A stretch of DNA of 64,000 nucleotides from Mobula birostris (taxonomy: Eukaryota). Position numbers and translations under genes: made by a program. A model generated the notes under the pieces. The model saw nothing but the letters and a program-made list of their open reading frames with translations. It made no database searches and was not told the origin of the DNA. The first letter of the stretch is position 1. Each line of letters opens with the position of its first letter. Of this stretch, positions 51,266 to 63,665 are shown piece after piece. Where the stretch lies: the NCBI RefSeq assembly GCF_030028105.1, contig NC_092371.1, positions 204,288,031 to 204,352,030 on the forward strand, written 5' to 3'.

Positions 51266-52898
51266 CAGGTGTCCCCTGTTTTTCGAACGTTCGCTTTACG
51301 AAACCTCACTGTTACGAAAGTTATCTGTTTTCGCTAACAGGTGTTTTCACTATTACGATAAAAGGCAGCGCGCGAAAAAAAGCAGCGTGCGCACCAAGCA
51401 GCCAAGCGCCCCCCCCCCCCCCCCCCCCCCGGAACTGCATTCTAGCCGGCAATGCTTAAACACGTGCCTGTGAGCAGCCGTTAGCAAGATGAGTTCTCAG
51501 GTATCGGAAGAGCCTAAAAGAGCTCGTAAGGGTGTTACACTTAGCATAAAACTAGACATAATTAAGCGTTTTGATAGTGGTGAACGAAGCAAGGACAAAG
51601 TGAGTTTGGCTTGTGGAAGTTGACGAAGATGATGTTGAAGAGGTTTTGGCATTCCATGACCAAGAACTGATAGATGAAGAGCTGATGCAATTGGAAGAGG
51701 AAAGGATAACAATCAAAACCGAATGCCGTAGCGAATGGACCGGAAGTGAAGTCGTCCTGGAACTGAACATGAAGCAACTGTGAGAGATTTTCGCTGCAAT
51801 GATAAAGTACAACTTTAATTTTGAAAGGGTACGTCGGTTTAGGGCATATTTGCAAGATGGTTTGAGTGCTTACAGAGAACTGTATGATAGAAAAATGCGC
51901 GAGGCTAGCAGTCAAGCATACTGTCATTTCTCAAGCCTTCCACAGCAGACGATGAACCTCGCCCTTTGACATCGAGGCAGGCAGACATAGAAGAGGATGA
52001 CCTGCCTGCCCTGATGGTAATAGAGGATGAGATGACACCTCAGTGTCCCACCACCCCAACCCCCGGGCCGTGGACAGATACTGATTCGCGGAGAATGCAG
52101 CGGTAGCTGGGAGGCACCCGGCACATCTTTAAGAAAAAAAAGCCGAAATAAACAAGTTAATTAATTAGGTGCCGCTCAGCACATAAATGTCAGCCCAGAT
52201 CAGAGGCGATTGCCGATTGCGTCGCCTCTGATCTGGGCCGACATTTACGTGCCGGGCGGCACCTAATTAATTAGCTTGTTTATTTCAGCTTTTTTCTTAA
52301 AGATGTGCTGGGTGCATCCCGGCCCCCGCTGTACCGCTGCATGCTTCGCGGATCGGTATCGGTTGGCGGCCTGGAGGGTGGGGACCACGACACCACCCCA
52401 ACCTCCGACTCAGCCTCACACACCAGTGTGCTTGGTGCTGTCTTCCCAATTCCGGTAAGTGATACGACACTGTATATACATTATTTCTACTTTATATAGG
52501 CTGTGTATTTTTATGCATTATTTGGTATGATTTGGCAGCTTCATAACTTAAAGGTTACTGGAGAGAGTGTTTTTGCTGAGAGCACTTGCACTGTTTTTGC
52601 AGAGAGCGCTTGTGTGAGATATTCGCTACGGAGAACAGTTCAGCAATGATTGTAGAGAAGTATTTCTACTTTATATAGGCTGTGTATTTATCATATCATT
52701 CCTGCTTTTACTATATGTCACTGTTATTTTAGGTTTTATGTGTTATTTGGCATGATTTAGCAGGTTACTTTTAGGTCTGCGAATGCTCACAAATTTTTCC
52801 CATATAAATAAATGGTAATTGCTTCTTTGCTTTACGACATTCCGGCTTACGAACCATTTCATAGGAACACTCTACCTTCAGATGGCGGGGGAAACCTG
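51266..52898 (+). mobile_element. Internally deleted Tigger/pogo DNA transposon
   Basis: TA TSD; termini CAGGTGTCCCC / GGGGGAAACCTG; from 51489 MSSQVSEEPKRARKGVTLSIKLDIIKRFDSGE (CENP-B/psq HTH) joined to a C-terminal EVDEDDVEEVL..AYRELY segment; DDE core absent. Confidence 0.88.
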
Positions 52899-53797
52899 TA
52901 CTTGATTTATTTTTTTTATATATATGCTTATTGTAATTTAGAGTTTTTTTGCTGTCACAAAACAACAAATTTCACAACTTATGACAGTGATATTAGACCT
53001 GATTCTGTTTCTGAAGACAAATGCAGAGTAATTGTTTAATTGTGTTATGTCCTTAGTTCTACATTATAATTTCTCCTTGCCCTATTTGGAAGGGGCCCAC
53101 ATTGATGGTCCCTTTTTCTTTCCCTTTTTCGTATCTATATATTTTTTAAATCTCTCAGTTATTTTTTTTGTTTCTAGCTGGTTTTGTACTCCTGTTCTGT
53201 CCCATCTTTAAGTCAGTTTATTGCTGCTTTGCCAAATTATGAAATGTTGCCAATCCCCAGAACCACTGCTATTTCAGTCAATTTCCAACATACCCTGCTA
53301 TAATAATGTATTTAATTTCTTTGGTAGGCATACATGTATCACTTTGTAGATTTTTTGCCTTGTAGGAAGAAGTACTACATGGTGTAAATTTTAATGAGAA
53401 TACAACGTGTATATTTTGTGGGCTGTGTACAGTTTGGTCTTCATACCCAAGGAGGGGGGTGTTTGTTGAGAGGAATATTCTCATTCTCACTGAAGATTAG
53501 ATGAAATGAGATGTATCTCATTGATACAAAAACTTCTGAGTAGGACTGGCAAGGTAAATGCAAAGAGGATATTTTCTTTGAAAGTAGAGTCAGAGAACTA
53601 GAAGGAGAGTAGATTTTATATACATGGTTATAGGTAACGCCCTTGCTCACTTACACTGAGAAGCTGTCGGTAGTTTCTGAATTATTGCTGTGGTTGGTTG
53701 ATGTTGATGTAGTACTAGGTTGGAAATTCCAGAATGTTAACCAGTTTGTGAAGACAAAATGATTTGAAGTGGGGAAAAAAAGTATCCAAATAACAGT

Positions 53798-53989
53798 CAC
53801 AAATAAGAGAAAATTTGCAGATGCTGGAAATCCAGGCAACACACACAAAATGCTGGAGGAACTCAGCAGGCTTGAGAAGGGTCCTGCTGAAGGGTCTTGG
53901 CCCGAAATGTCAACTGTACTCTTGTTTTTTTTTCTCCCAATATATGCTGCCTGGCCTGCTAAGTTCCTCCAGCATTTCGTCTGTGTTGC
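53798..53989. mobile_element. Penelope-derived hairpin element with central hammerhead remnant (CUGCUGA, mutated) at 53879-53916
   Basis: Inverted pLTR arms; 14-bp near-TSD atccaaataacagt / atccaagtaacagt. Confidence 0.85.
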
Positions 53990-55159
53990 ATCCAAGTAAC
54001 AGTGATGTATCACTTGGAGCCAGTATTCACGCAGTATGACTACTCTTGTCTTGAGTGACATGCTGTCAATTTCATCTAGTTGAATTGCTTAAGCATATAT
54101 GTTTTATGCTACAAATCAAATAATTTGGATAACTGAGCTTACCAAATATTGTCACTGTACGCATTTTAGGAAGTTAACAAGAGGTTCACATGGAAAGGAA
54201 ATTAACGCATTTACCATAGAGTGCCTATTCCTGTCATAAGCTTGTAGCCAGCTTGTGTTCCAGTGACTCCCACTATGTGAATGATGCAGTTGAGACTCAT
54301 GATCATTGCTGAACTTTTCAAGATGGTCATTTCTTGCTGCTTGTGTTGTGCAGTTGTTACCTTCCACTTATCAAAGCAAAACCAGACTGCATTCAACGCA
54401 CATGATTGAAATGTTCAAAATCCAGCAGAACCTCAGTAAACCACTAAGTCCTACAAACAATCCCTTAAGCTTGTATTCTTTGTCTCCTCCATGATCATCT
54501 GCTTAATTCCCTCTTCTATGCTTCATGCTCCAATCAAATATCAGTCCATATGTGATGTGCTACTGATGTTATGGTGGAATATTATTATATCTAAAAACGA
54601 AGGAAACAAATGTGCATCTCCAGTGGATGACATGTAACTGGTAATGTATTCGTTGTTTTAGAAAGAAGTTGCTGAATTTGTAATTTCTTTAGCTGTTAAC
54701 TTGATCTTTTCCTTTTTTAATTTGTGAAGTGTAAGGTCCTCTAAATTTGAAATAAGGCAAGCTAAAGGCAAATAAGAAAAAAGTTATGGTAGCTCTGATC
54801 ATCTTCCCTTCTGTTTATTGTCATAAGGCCTATAAAAATGTTTAAATTATTTTGATAAATATGTTTAGTTGTCGAATTGAGCTTTGAACAACTTATGGCA
54901 CTTCTACAAGCAAATATATTGGGAATGTTGGTTTCCTTTGGCAACCAATTACCAGTGCTTCAGTGCTGGTGATGCTCAATGTAATCTGTTTTACATACTT
55001 GCTTAAATTGTTAGGTTGGATATCATCACTTAAATTTCTGGCTCATGATTTCTACTCTGCTTCTCACTCGCTTGTGCACTCTCACATTTTGTAGTCTTTG
55101 AGTTGCTGGATTCACATATCATTTGACTTGAAATTTATGGTTTGTTTCAACCTTTTCAG

Positions 55160-55294
55160 TTTGGAAGTTTGGATCAGAAGCTAGCTTTAGCCCAGCGTAT
55201 CCGTGGCCATGTTTTACCTTTGGCTCTCCAGATGTATGGTTGTCGTGTTATTCAGAAGGCTTTAGAATCCATTTCAGCAGACCAGCAGGTAATT
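55160..55294 (+). CDS. PUM2: PUM2 exon L, PUF repeat 3 ([43 protein letters not shown][VI]); alternative end at 55288
   Basis: ttttcag acceptor; tandem donors gtaatt (55289) and gtaagt (55295). Confidence 0.96.
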
Positions 55295-55361
55295 GTAAGT
55301 TTGAACAGATTTTTAAAAAAATAATTATACACTATTAAATATTGCAGTATTTTTCTCATAA

Positions 55362-55580
<219 letters not shown>

Positions 55581-55835
55581 TAAAGATAACCATATCAAGT
55601 ACGATGCTACATCTATGCCTTTATTTCCTTTTAGTGGTTATACCTCATCCCAAGAGGTGAAACACTTATGTGGTGATGAATTATTCTCAAGTACCAAAAC
55701 TGATAAAATTAAAGAACTCTCTTAAACTATCACTCAGCATAGTTTTACTAAATAGTAATTCCAGATTGGACCCTCACCAAATGTAAAGCGATTGTAGTAT
55801 AATACAATGTGTATCTTACTAGTCTGCTTTTAAAA

Positions 55836-56369
55836 TGTAACTCTCACTTCGGCTAGGGGGTTATAGCCCCCAGCCCGGCTAAACTTAAGAAATCTCGTTT
55901 GGGTGGATGTGTCCCCTGTTACAAATCAGTACCCTGAAATAACACAGTACACAATATGCGATTAAGCTTTATAATTCTCACTTTGACTATACAGTTAGTA
56001 AAGAAACGAAAAGGGAAAAAGGGCCCAATCTTATTAAACAGTCTGTTGCACAATGTTGGAGCTCTCTGATAAGCCGATTATCCACCATTGGCCTCCTCTG
56101 ATCGTCACTGCCCTTCAGACCCTCGCTCCAAGCCCACCCTGTCCGGCAGTCTACCAATTTTCTCCATTTGTGTCTTCTCTCCATACTTCTTTCTCCCCAG
56201 CAAAACACCGCGCGAAAATCTCTCTTCCAGACTCACATGAAAGAACAACAGCATTCCAACTCGTTATCTCTAGTCATAACCCAAAAATTGCTGCAACAGA
56301 GAAATCATTACATTATCAGTGAAACCTTACAGCATGTTACGCAGCAGTGAAACCCTACAGCATGTTACA
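55836..56369. mobile_element. Probable solo LTR
   Basis: TGTAAC...GTTACA inverted termini; aaaa/aaag flanks; ~25-bp terminal tandem duplication; non-coding. Confidence 0.55.
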
Positions 56370-56596
56370 AAAGGGAGCAATGAATCATAGGGAGAATGTT
56401 CACAAGCCTTTAATACGCATTCTCAACAAGTGAAGGTACCAGAAATACAGTTTTGTAAAATTAAGACAATAATATGACAATATTATGCTTGGCATACTTT
56501 TATGTGATCAGTGAATTACTTGTCTGACAATATAAGTATAGGTTGTTGATACCTAGGCAGATTTTTTTTATATAGCTGAACAAGGTCATTAAATAA

Positions 56597-56700
56597 ACAA
56601 CACACACAAAAGTTGCTGGTGAACGCAGCAGGCCAGGCAGCATCTCTAGAAAGAGGTGCAGTTGACGTTTCAGGCCGAGACCCTTCGTCAGGACTAACTG
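56597..56700 (-). mobile_element. Penelope-like terminal repeat fragment
   Basis: Same pLTR as 36640-37102, CpGs retained. Confidence 0.8.
56659..56696 (-). ncRNA. Minimal hammerhead ribozyme motif with fully intact core, antisense to PUM2
   Basis: UAGUC-CUGACGA-agggucucggccu-GAAAC-GUC^AACUG; palindromic ACGU stem III; one C.A mismatch in stem I. Confidence 0.75.
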
Positions 56701-56862
56701 GAGGGGTCTTCCAAATATTCAATTTAAAAGGAATATTCCTCAACTGAATAGTGTCAATGTAAATCTTGTCTGCTGCTCAAGTGCAGTGAAAAACTTACTT
56801 GGAGCAGCATCACAGACACATAGCATTGTATAAGCAATACTCACAAGAAAAACATAAATATA

Positions 56863-58373
56863 CAGTGGCTCGAAAAAGTATTCAGCCCCCAGAACTATTT
56901 TCATATCTTACTGTCTCATTTCCGAAATTTAAAATATATTGAAGTGGGGCTTTTTTTGGAGCTAATCGACAACATTGTCAAATCAAAAGAAAAAATCCAA
57001 AACCTGTCAACAATATATTAATAATTATAAACCTATATTATGAGGCTGAAAACTATTATTTCCTTTGTAATTACGCTAAGTTTCTCCTTTCTCAGATGTA
57101 GTATTACTAACTCACCCAGTTTGTTGATGCAGTAAATTGGAGGATCATTTTCAATGAATTCATTAGAATAAATACTCCATGTGTATGTAAGGTCCAACAG
57201 TATGATAGGTTGTCAACAGAACAAACCAAAATAAAGACAAAGGAGCATTCAAGACAAGTCAGGGGAATGTTAATAGAGAAGCACAAATCTGGGGAACGGT
57301 ACAAAACCGAAAAGCACTGAATACAGCTTGGAGCTCTCTGCAATCCATCATGAAAGAGTGGAAAAAATATGAAGCCACAACCACACTGCCTAGGTCAGGC
57401 CTCCCCTCTAAACTTAGTCACTGGAGAAAAATGGCACTTGTAAGAGAGGCTAATGTGATGTCAACAGTCAGTCTGAGTTGCAGAAATCAACGGCTGTAAC
57501 TGGAGACGAGGTTTATGGCTCCACAATCTCTATGGCTTGCACAAAAAGGGTCTTTACTGAAGACTGGCAAGGGAGAAGCTTTGTCTAAATAAAGTGTACC
57601 CTTGCCCATAAAGACTTAGAAGATACTGTGTAGATATGGTAGAAGGTCTTGTGGTCGGATGAGACTAAAGTGGTACATTTTGGCCTGAACATTAAATGGT
57701 ACATGTGGCGTAAATCTAATACATCACATCAGCCAGGTAATACCATTCCTACTTTAAAGTATGGTGGAGGTAGCATTGTGCTATAGAGATGCTTTTCAGC
57801 AGCAGGGACTGGAAATCTGGTCAGGATTGAGGGGTAGATGAATGCTGCTAAATACAGAGAGATTAATGGATAAACACCTGCTAGCCTCTGCGAGAAATCT
57901 TAAGCTTGGCAAGAAGTTGATATTTCAGCAGGACAACGACCCAGAGTTCACTGCCAGTCAAGAGTCCTGACCTTAACCGGATCAAACATCTCTGGCAAGA
58001 CTTCCAGGTTGCTGCCCACTGCTGCTCATCAACTAACCTGGCACAGCTTGACCGATTTTTGCAAGGAGGTAAATCTTGCTCCATCATGTTGAGCAAAGCT
58101 AATAGAGACTTATTTTAAAAGACCACTGGCTGTAACAGCTGCTAGAAATGGTTCAATTAAGCACTGAGCAAAGGGGATGAATACTTTTGAACTGCTGACA
58201 TTTCAGTCTTTGAATATTTAATTTTTCATGCGTTACTATTTTCCCTGTTTTTGGGCTCCACTGTGGGGGGGGAAGGAGAATAAAAATTCTCAGTTAAATT
58301 GATCGAAATCCCTGGTTGTAATACTCCTTTTATATGTATAAAGGGTGGGGCGGAATACATTTACAAGGCGCTG
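56863..58373 (+). mobile_element. Decayed full-span Tc1 transposon
   Basis: TA TSD; imperfect TIRs CAGTGGCTCGAAAAAGTATTCAGCCCC / GGGGCGGAATACATTTACAAGGCGCTG; remnants [33 protein letters not shown]. Confidence 0.88.
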
Positions 58374-58509
58374 TAAATTATGCCCAGTGTTTTACAAGAC
58401 AATGCAATGAGATCAATAATCAAAGTCCACTTTGTTCATAGTATTGCCAAACTGTAGTGATTAGGGTTTTGTTGCTTGGTTCAAGAACTAAAGAGCTGAA
58501 GGGAAGTAG

Positions 58510-58605
58510 TAATAGTATAAGGCAGCCTTCGATCCCAGGGGATCATGGGTTTGCGCCTCTGGTGGACCGTGTCCTCTCCAGGGCACAAGCCTGGGTAGGA
58601 AGATT
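58510..58605 (-). mobile_element. Short 5'-truncated retroposon (RTE-type 3' tail)
   Basis: 13-bp near-TSD tgaagggaagtag / tgaaggcaagtag; 3' end cccatgatcccctgggatcgaaggctgcc followed by an AT-rich tail. Confidence 0.65.
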
Positions 58606-59149
58606 TGAAGGCAAGTAGCTGTTGTTGAACCTGATGGTGTGAGACTTTAAACTTTTGTACCTTTAACCTGATGGTGTGGGAATTCAGATGTCAGTACCTC
58701 CAACCTGATGGTGGCTGCAAAAAGATGCCATGGTGGAGATCTTTGATAGATGTTGCCTTCTTGAGGTAGCTGCACTCAGTTTCTGTGGCTGACCACTGCA
58801 TTTCTGGTCCTCCACCTTGCCTTTTTCTTTGTGCTTCTTCAGAAGAGCTTAGACAGCACATCTTGAAACTCATGCTGCTGCAAATATTCTGCTTTGGAGA
58901 GGCCTTTATGATACAGAATGACTATCTTGTTGCTGTATTCTTGTTATTGTGTAAGAATTGATGATTTGAAGGTTAAACTGTCACATCTACCACCCCGTCA
59001 CCTTTTAGTTTCGTTGTCCAGTTTGATTCCTTCTATACCATTTCTGTTTCAGTTAATCAGTTTAGTTCATTCAACTCATGTTATTGATCATTAGCACATG
59101 TTTGTTATCTTTGTTTAATTATGCACTGGGTGATATACCTACAAAGTAA

Positions 59150-59418
59150 TCAAGTTTTTATTTGAAAAGTTTAGTATGTTCATTTCTTTAACAAAATACA
59201 ACATTTTTTTGAAAAATGAATGTTTGGTCATCTAAAATTTGATATTTTCTACTGCACACTAATTCAAAAGACAAAAAATAAACATCTAAAACAAAATTGA
59301 TATGAAAAATCTAGGGTGCCTAAGACTTTTTGCACAGTACTGTACATTTTATTATGTATTGCACTGTACTGCCACAAAACAACAGATTCCACAACATATT
59401 AAACCTGATTTTGATTCT
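59150..59418 (+). mobile_element. Tc1 right end (TIR 59311-59342) joined to a LINE 3' tail
   Basis: ctagggtgcctaagactttttgcacagtactg-ta, same TIR as the composite elements. Confidence 0.6.
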
Positions 59419-59639
59419 AAGTAAAGATGCTGGTATGCTTTTCTTATGATTATACAAATGTGCTGCACCCAGGACAGGTAATCAGATTTGTTAGTATCCA
59501 GGATTTAAAGCTGATAGCTCTTGTGTGAATTTTTTTTCTGAGAACTGAAATCTTAAGTGTAGAAAATGATTCCAAGATTTTGTTTTTACTAATTTCCATA
59601 CCTGATAAAATGTGCATATACCTTTTGACACTTAATTCT

Positions 59640-59950
59640 GGCCCTTGTGGCTAAAGGGATCGGGGGTATGGAAGGAAGGCTGGTAGTCACAGTCATAGTC
59701 ATATTTTATTAATCCCGGGGGAAATTGGTTTTCGTTAATGGTTGCTCCATAAATAATAAATAGTAATAGAACCATAAATAGTTAAATGGTAATATGTAAA
59801 TTATGCCAGTAAATTATGAAATAAGTCCAGGATCAGCCTATTGGCTCAGGATTCTGAGTTGGATGATCAGCCATGATCATACTGAATGGCGGTGCAGGCT
59901 CAAAGGGCCGAATGGCTTACTCCACCTATTTTCTATATTTTCTGTTTCTG
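59640..59950 (+). mobile_element. CR1 3' tail with nested minus-strand Rex1 tail (about 59685-59850)
   Basis: CR1 tail matches the reverse complement of 33861-34000; the insert matches the reverse complement of 28135-28296. Confidence 0.8.
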
Positions 59951-60124
59951 AAGGCAAACCTTTCTCTTACTTTCATAATTGCTTTGGACTGAGGGCTGCA
60001 ACAAAGTGCACCTTTATTTAAAAGTGTAAACAAAGTGAGTTTTTACTTTCATATTTGACTGTTAAACAAGCAAGAAAGTGGCACAGTTGAAATAAGATTC
60101 TTATTAAGAACGTTAATAAACTTT

Positions 60125-63100
60125 GGAGGCTGACGCTGAGAACGATTGGAGCTCCGGGGCGCGAGGGTCTAGGTTCAGGTCCCATGTTGGCAGCCCGGTA
60201 GGAGTCTTGGACTGGCCGTCTCATGCTTATGCTCCATTTGCAAACAAAAACCTCCAGATGAGAGTGACAATAACAAGAAGAATCATGCCAGCTTGGACAT
60301 CGCCTGGATTAACAAGGTCCATGCCAGTGATTAGGGAACCGAGGACCTTCTGGCGAGAAATTGGCTACTGGGTCAAATCATAGATAGCCGAGACTGGACA
60401 ACATGGAATTAATGGAATGCTACTTTAACAGCAACCCACATGAAAGAGGATACATCAAGTCCATGTGGGGACCTTGGCAACAACGAAAACCATCATCCAC
60501 ATTCACAGAAAAACAACTGGTTACCCAGCAATCAAATGTTGTCGCTAGAGGATTGCCATCACATCTTGAATTGGAAGACAAACAATCATGATGCACCACA
60601 GCAATATTGCTGCAGAACCAAGCTGATCGGAAAATATGAGTTCAAACCCCACCTCCACAACTCACAGATGGCGCAAAGGTAATAGCATCACTTGTACACA
60701 GGAAATGCAAGTTCGAACCTCAACTGGGGGCATATTGACGCTGGCTGCTGCAACCAAAGAAAAGATCGAGGCTAAACTGGCGACAGTCAAATCAACGGAC
60801 CAATCCCTCCCCCCCCCCCCCCCCCCCCAGATTTAGTGATTAAAATTCCATCAGACAGCATGCTAGAAACACTGCTCACAATTGCAGCCTCCAGTATAAC
60901 AGATCAATAACCTGATATATGTATCAACACCAGCAGTCCTAGAAATGCTGGGCTACAAAATAAAATACAGTGGAATGTACTGTTATAACTCCCTGTGGAG
61001 ACGACGATTAGAAGCCAAGATGAAAACCACAGGAGTGGAGATCAGCAGACTAAGGCTACGTCCACACTATGCCGGATAATTTTGAAAACGCCGGTTTCGA
61101 GTGAAAACGACAGGCGTCCACACTAAGCGTTTTTCAAAATATCTCCGTCCACATTAGGCGGATATTTGGGCAAATCTCCTACTGGGCATGCGCAGGACAC
61201 GCAGAAAACAAGCGAAGAGGAAACGATGTACTTGGTGCGCGGTTGTCCGGTTACAGAGTAGAAAAACTTTAAAGGAATTGCTCTTGGCTCTTGCACAGGA
61301 GGACTTAAAACTTAAAAAAAAAACAAATACTGGGGCGTATGGAGGCAACTGACAGGAAGTTCACAGACAGTATGACCCAGCTGACGATGAACATTGAAAA
61401 ACTAACTCTGTTACATTAATAAAGCACCTTGTTAAATGTATAAAACATCTGCATCAGCGTTATCTTGTATCTCCATACAATGTTACATTAGGCTGTTACA
61501 CATCCATTGTCAGAGAAGTACTTGCATAAATAGGTAAACCACCTTCATACAAGCAAGGACAGAAAACAGGGCGAAGTGAGTATACTTATTTATTCAGTAA
61601 ACTATGGGTCAACTGGCTTCAGTCTTGTCCGTCTGTTCTGAAATTGTTAGGTGGTGGCGTTCAAGAAAACAAAGAACATCTGTTGCAGCACGTCATGACA
61701 GCGTTTTTAAATAGTCAAAAAAACTCACTTTACAATTTAACTCACGCCGTTTACACCGACTGTGCGTTATAACAGCTTGCGCAGTACCAAGCAGAAGCAG
61801 AAAAAAGCATTGTTGTTGTGGTGTTGTCATAACAGCGTTTTAAAATCTCTCCGGTTACCCCGTACACACTACGCCGGATATTAAGCGTTTTCAGATTTAT
61901 TCACTCTGGAGAGTGTTTTTGAAAATCTCCATTTTCGGTGGCTGAAAACGCCGTTTCAGTGTGGACGGGAGGGCAAAACGAAGAGAAAAAGCTTCATTTT
62001 CAAAATTATCCGGCATAGTGTGGACGTACCCTAACTGACCTGCAGAAAGGTGGGAACACCAAAGATTCATCTTGTTTACTAGGAAATACAGAGGCATATC
62101 CATAGCCAAAGCCCTGGAAACTGCTAAGCAACAGTTAACAGCTCTGGCTATCAGTCCACAGAGGTACACTAAGGACGTAGATGCCAAGCAAATAAATGCA
62201 CTCTTCTCCAAAAAACCGGGGAAAGTATTCGCACAGTTCCAGAGCAACAACATGCCAGTACCTGAACCAACCAAAATGGCAACTGAGAAGTACTGGAAGA
62301 GTATATAGGAGAAAGAAGCATCACATAACACTAGAGCCCAATGACTGAAAGACGTACAAGCAAGCCTCTGCAATCTCGCAGGGGAAGAACTAGTCACTAT
62401 CGCAGCAATAGATGTACAGCAACGGGTAACAGGTATGAAAAACTGGACATCACCAGGGCCTGACATGATCCACACCTATTGGCTGAAGAAACTAACAGCA
62501 TTACTTGGCTCAAATGAACCGGTTGTTTGAAGCAGGCTCCCACCCTGACTGGCTAACTCAAGGAAGGGCAGTATTCATAATGAAGAATCCTCACAAAGGA
62601 GCAACACCATCAAACTACCAGCCTATTGCCTGCCTTTCAACAACATGGAAGCTCCTATCAGGCATCATAGCCACCAACCTGAAGGAACGTGTGTGTTAAT
62701 TCCTGAGTCCAGCTCAGAGGGGGGTTAGTAATGGAACCAGAGGCTCCAAGCACCAACTATTGGTAGACAAAGTAGTCATTTGAGACTCCAAGACCAGGCA
62801 AGCCAACCTAACCACAGCTTGCATCAGCTACCAGAAAGCATACGACTCAATGCCCATACATGGATCCTGGAATGCTTGTCTCTGTACAAGGTCAACAAGA
62901 CATTGTGGACCTTCATTAAGAACTCAGTGGGTTTTTGGAAGACAATGCTAGAAGTTAACTCAAAGCCAATAGCACAAGTGACCATCAGATGTGGAATATT
63001 CCAAGATGATACACTTATCCCCTGCTGTTCTGCATAGCCTTGAACCCCCTCAGCCAGATCGTCTCAAAAGAGTGAATGTGGGTACAGGTTCAAGAGTGGG

Positions 63101-63542
63101 GTGACCATCAGCCACCTCATGTACATGGATGACATCAAGCTGAATGCCAGAAATGAAAGAGACATTGACTCACTAATCTACCTGACAAGTATGTACAGCA
63201 GAGACTTCAGGATGTCATTTGGACTGGAAAAGTGCACCCGAATGGTAGTGAAAAGAGGGAAACTCATCAAGACTGAAGGAGTCAAGTTACCTGAAGGCCA
63301 CATACCAGATGTACAGGACAGCTACAAATACTTGGATTCTGCAGGCACGCAGAAGCCACGATGAGGACACAAGGAAGGCTGTAACATGAAGTACCTCCAA
63401 AGAGTAAGACAGGTCCTAAAAAGCCTGCTGAATGGGAAGAACAGGATCAGAGCCATCAACACATTCGCCTTACTAATTATCACATACCCAGCTGCAATAG
63501 TGTGCAGGCCAAGGAATGAACTGGAAGCCACTGACGTCAAGA
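60125..63542 (+). mobile_element. R4/Dong (Rex6-like) non-LTR retrotransposon, 5'-complete, disrupted and 3'-truncated
   Basis: LMECYF.S.P..RGY..M...W N-terminus; WRRRLEAK; NWTSPGPDMIH.YWLKKL; SNYQPIACLST.WKL; ISHLMYMDDIKL; INTFA. Confidence 0.8.
61054..62031. mobile_element. Non-autonomous PIF/Harbinger transposon (978 bp)
   Basis: TAA TSD (61051-61053 / 62032-62034); ~35-bp TIR GG(C/G)TACGTCCACACTATGCCGGATAATTTTGAAAA; subterminal gtccacac repeats; excision restores host frame EISRLTDLQKG. Confidence 0.92.
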
Positions 63543-63665
63543 CCGATGTAGAGGAGGCTGCACCAGGAGCACCGGATGCAATAGATGACACCAACAGACT
63601 CACAAGTGAAGTGTTGCCTCACTTGGAAGGACAGTTTGGGGCCCTGAATGGTGGCAAGAGAGGCA
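63543..63665 (-). mobile_element. Penelope-like element GIY-YIG endonuclease fragment
   Basis: QVRQHFTCESVGVIYCIRCSWCSLLYIG in ORF 63473..63673. Confidence 0.85.

Noticed and set aside
61897-62475. 192-aa minus-strand ORF
   Set aside because: Antisense shadow of the Dong ORF running into the Harbinger TIR
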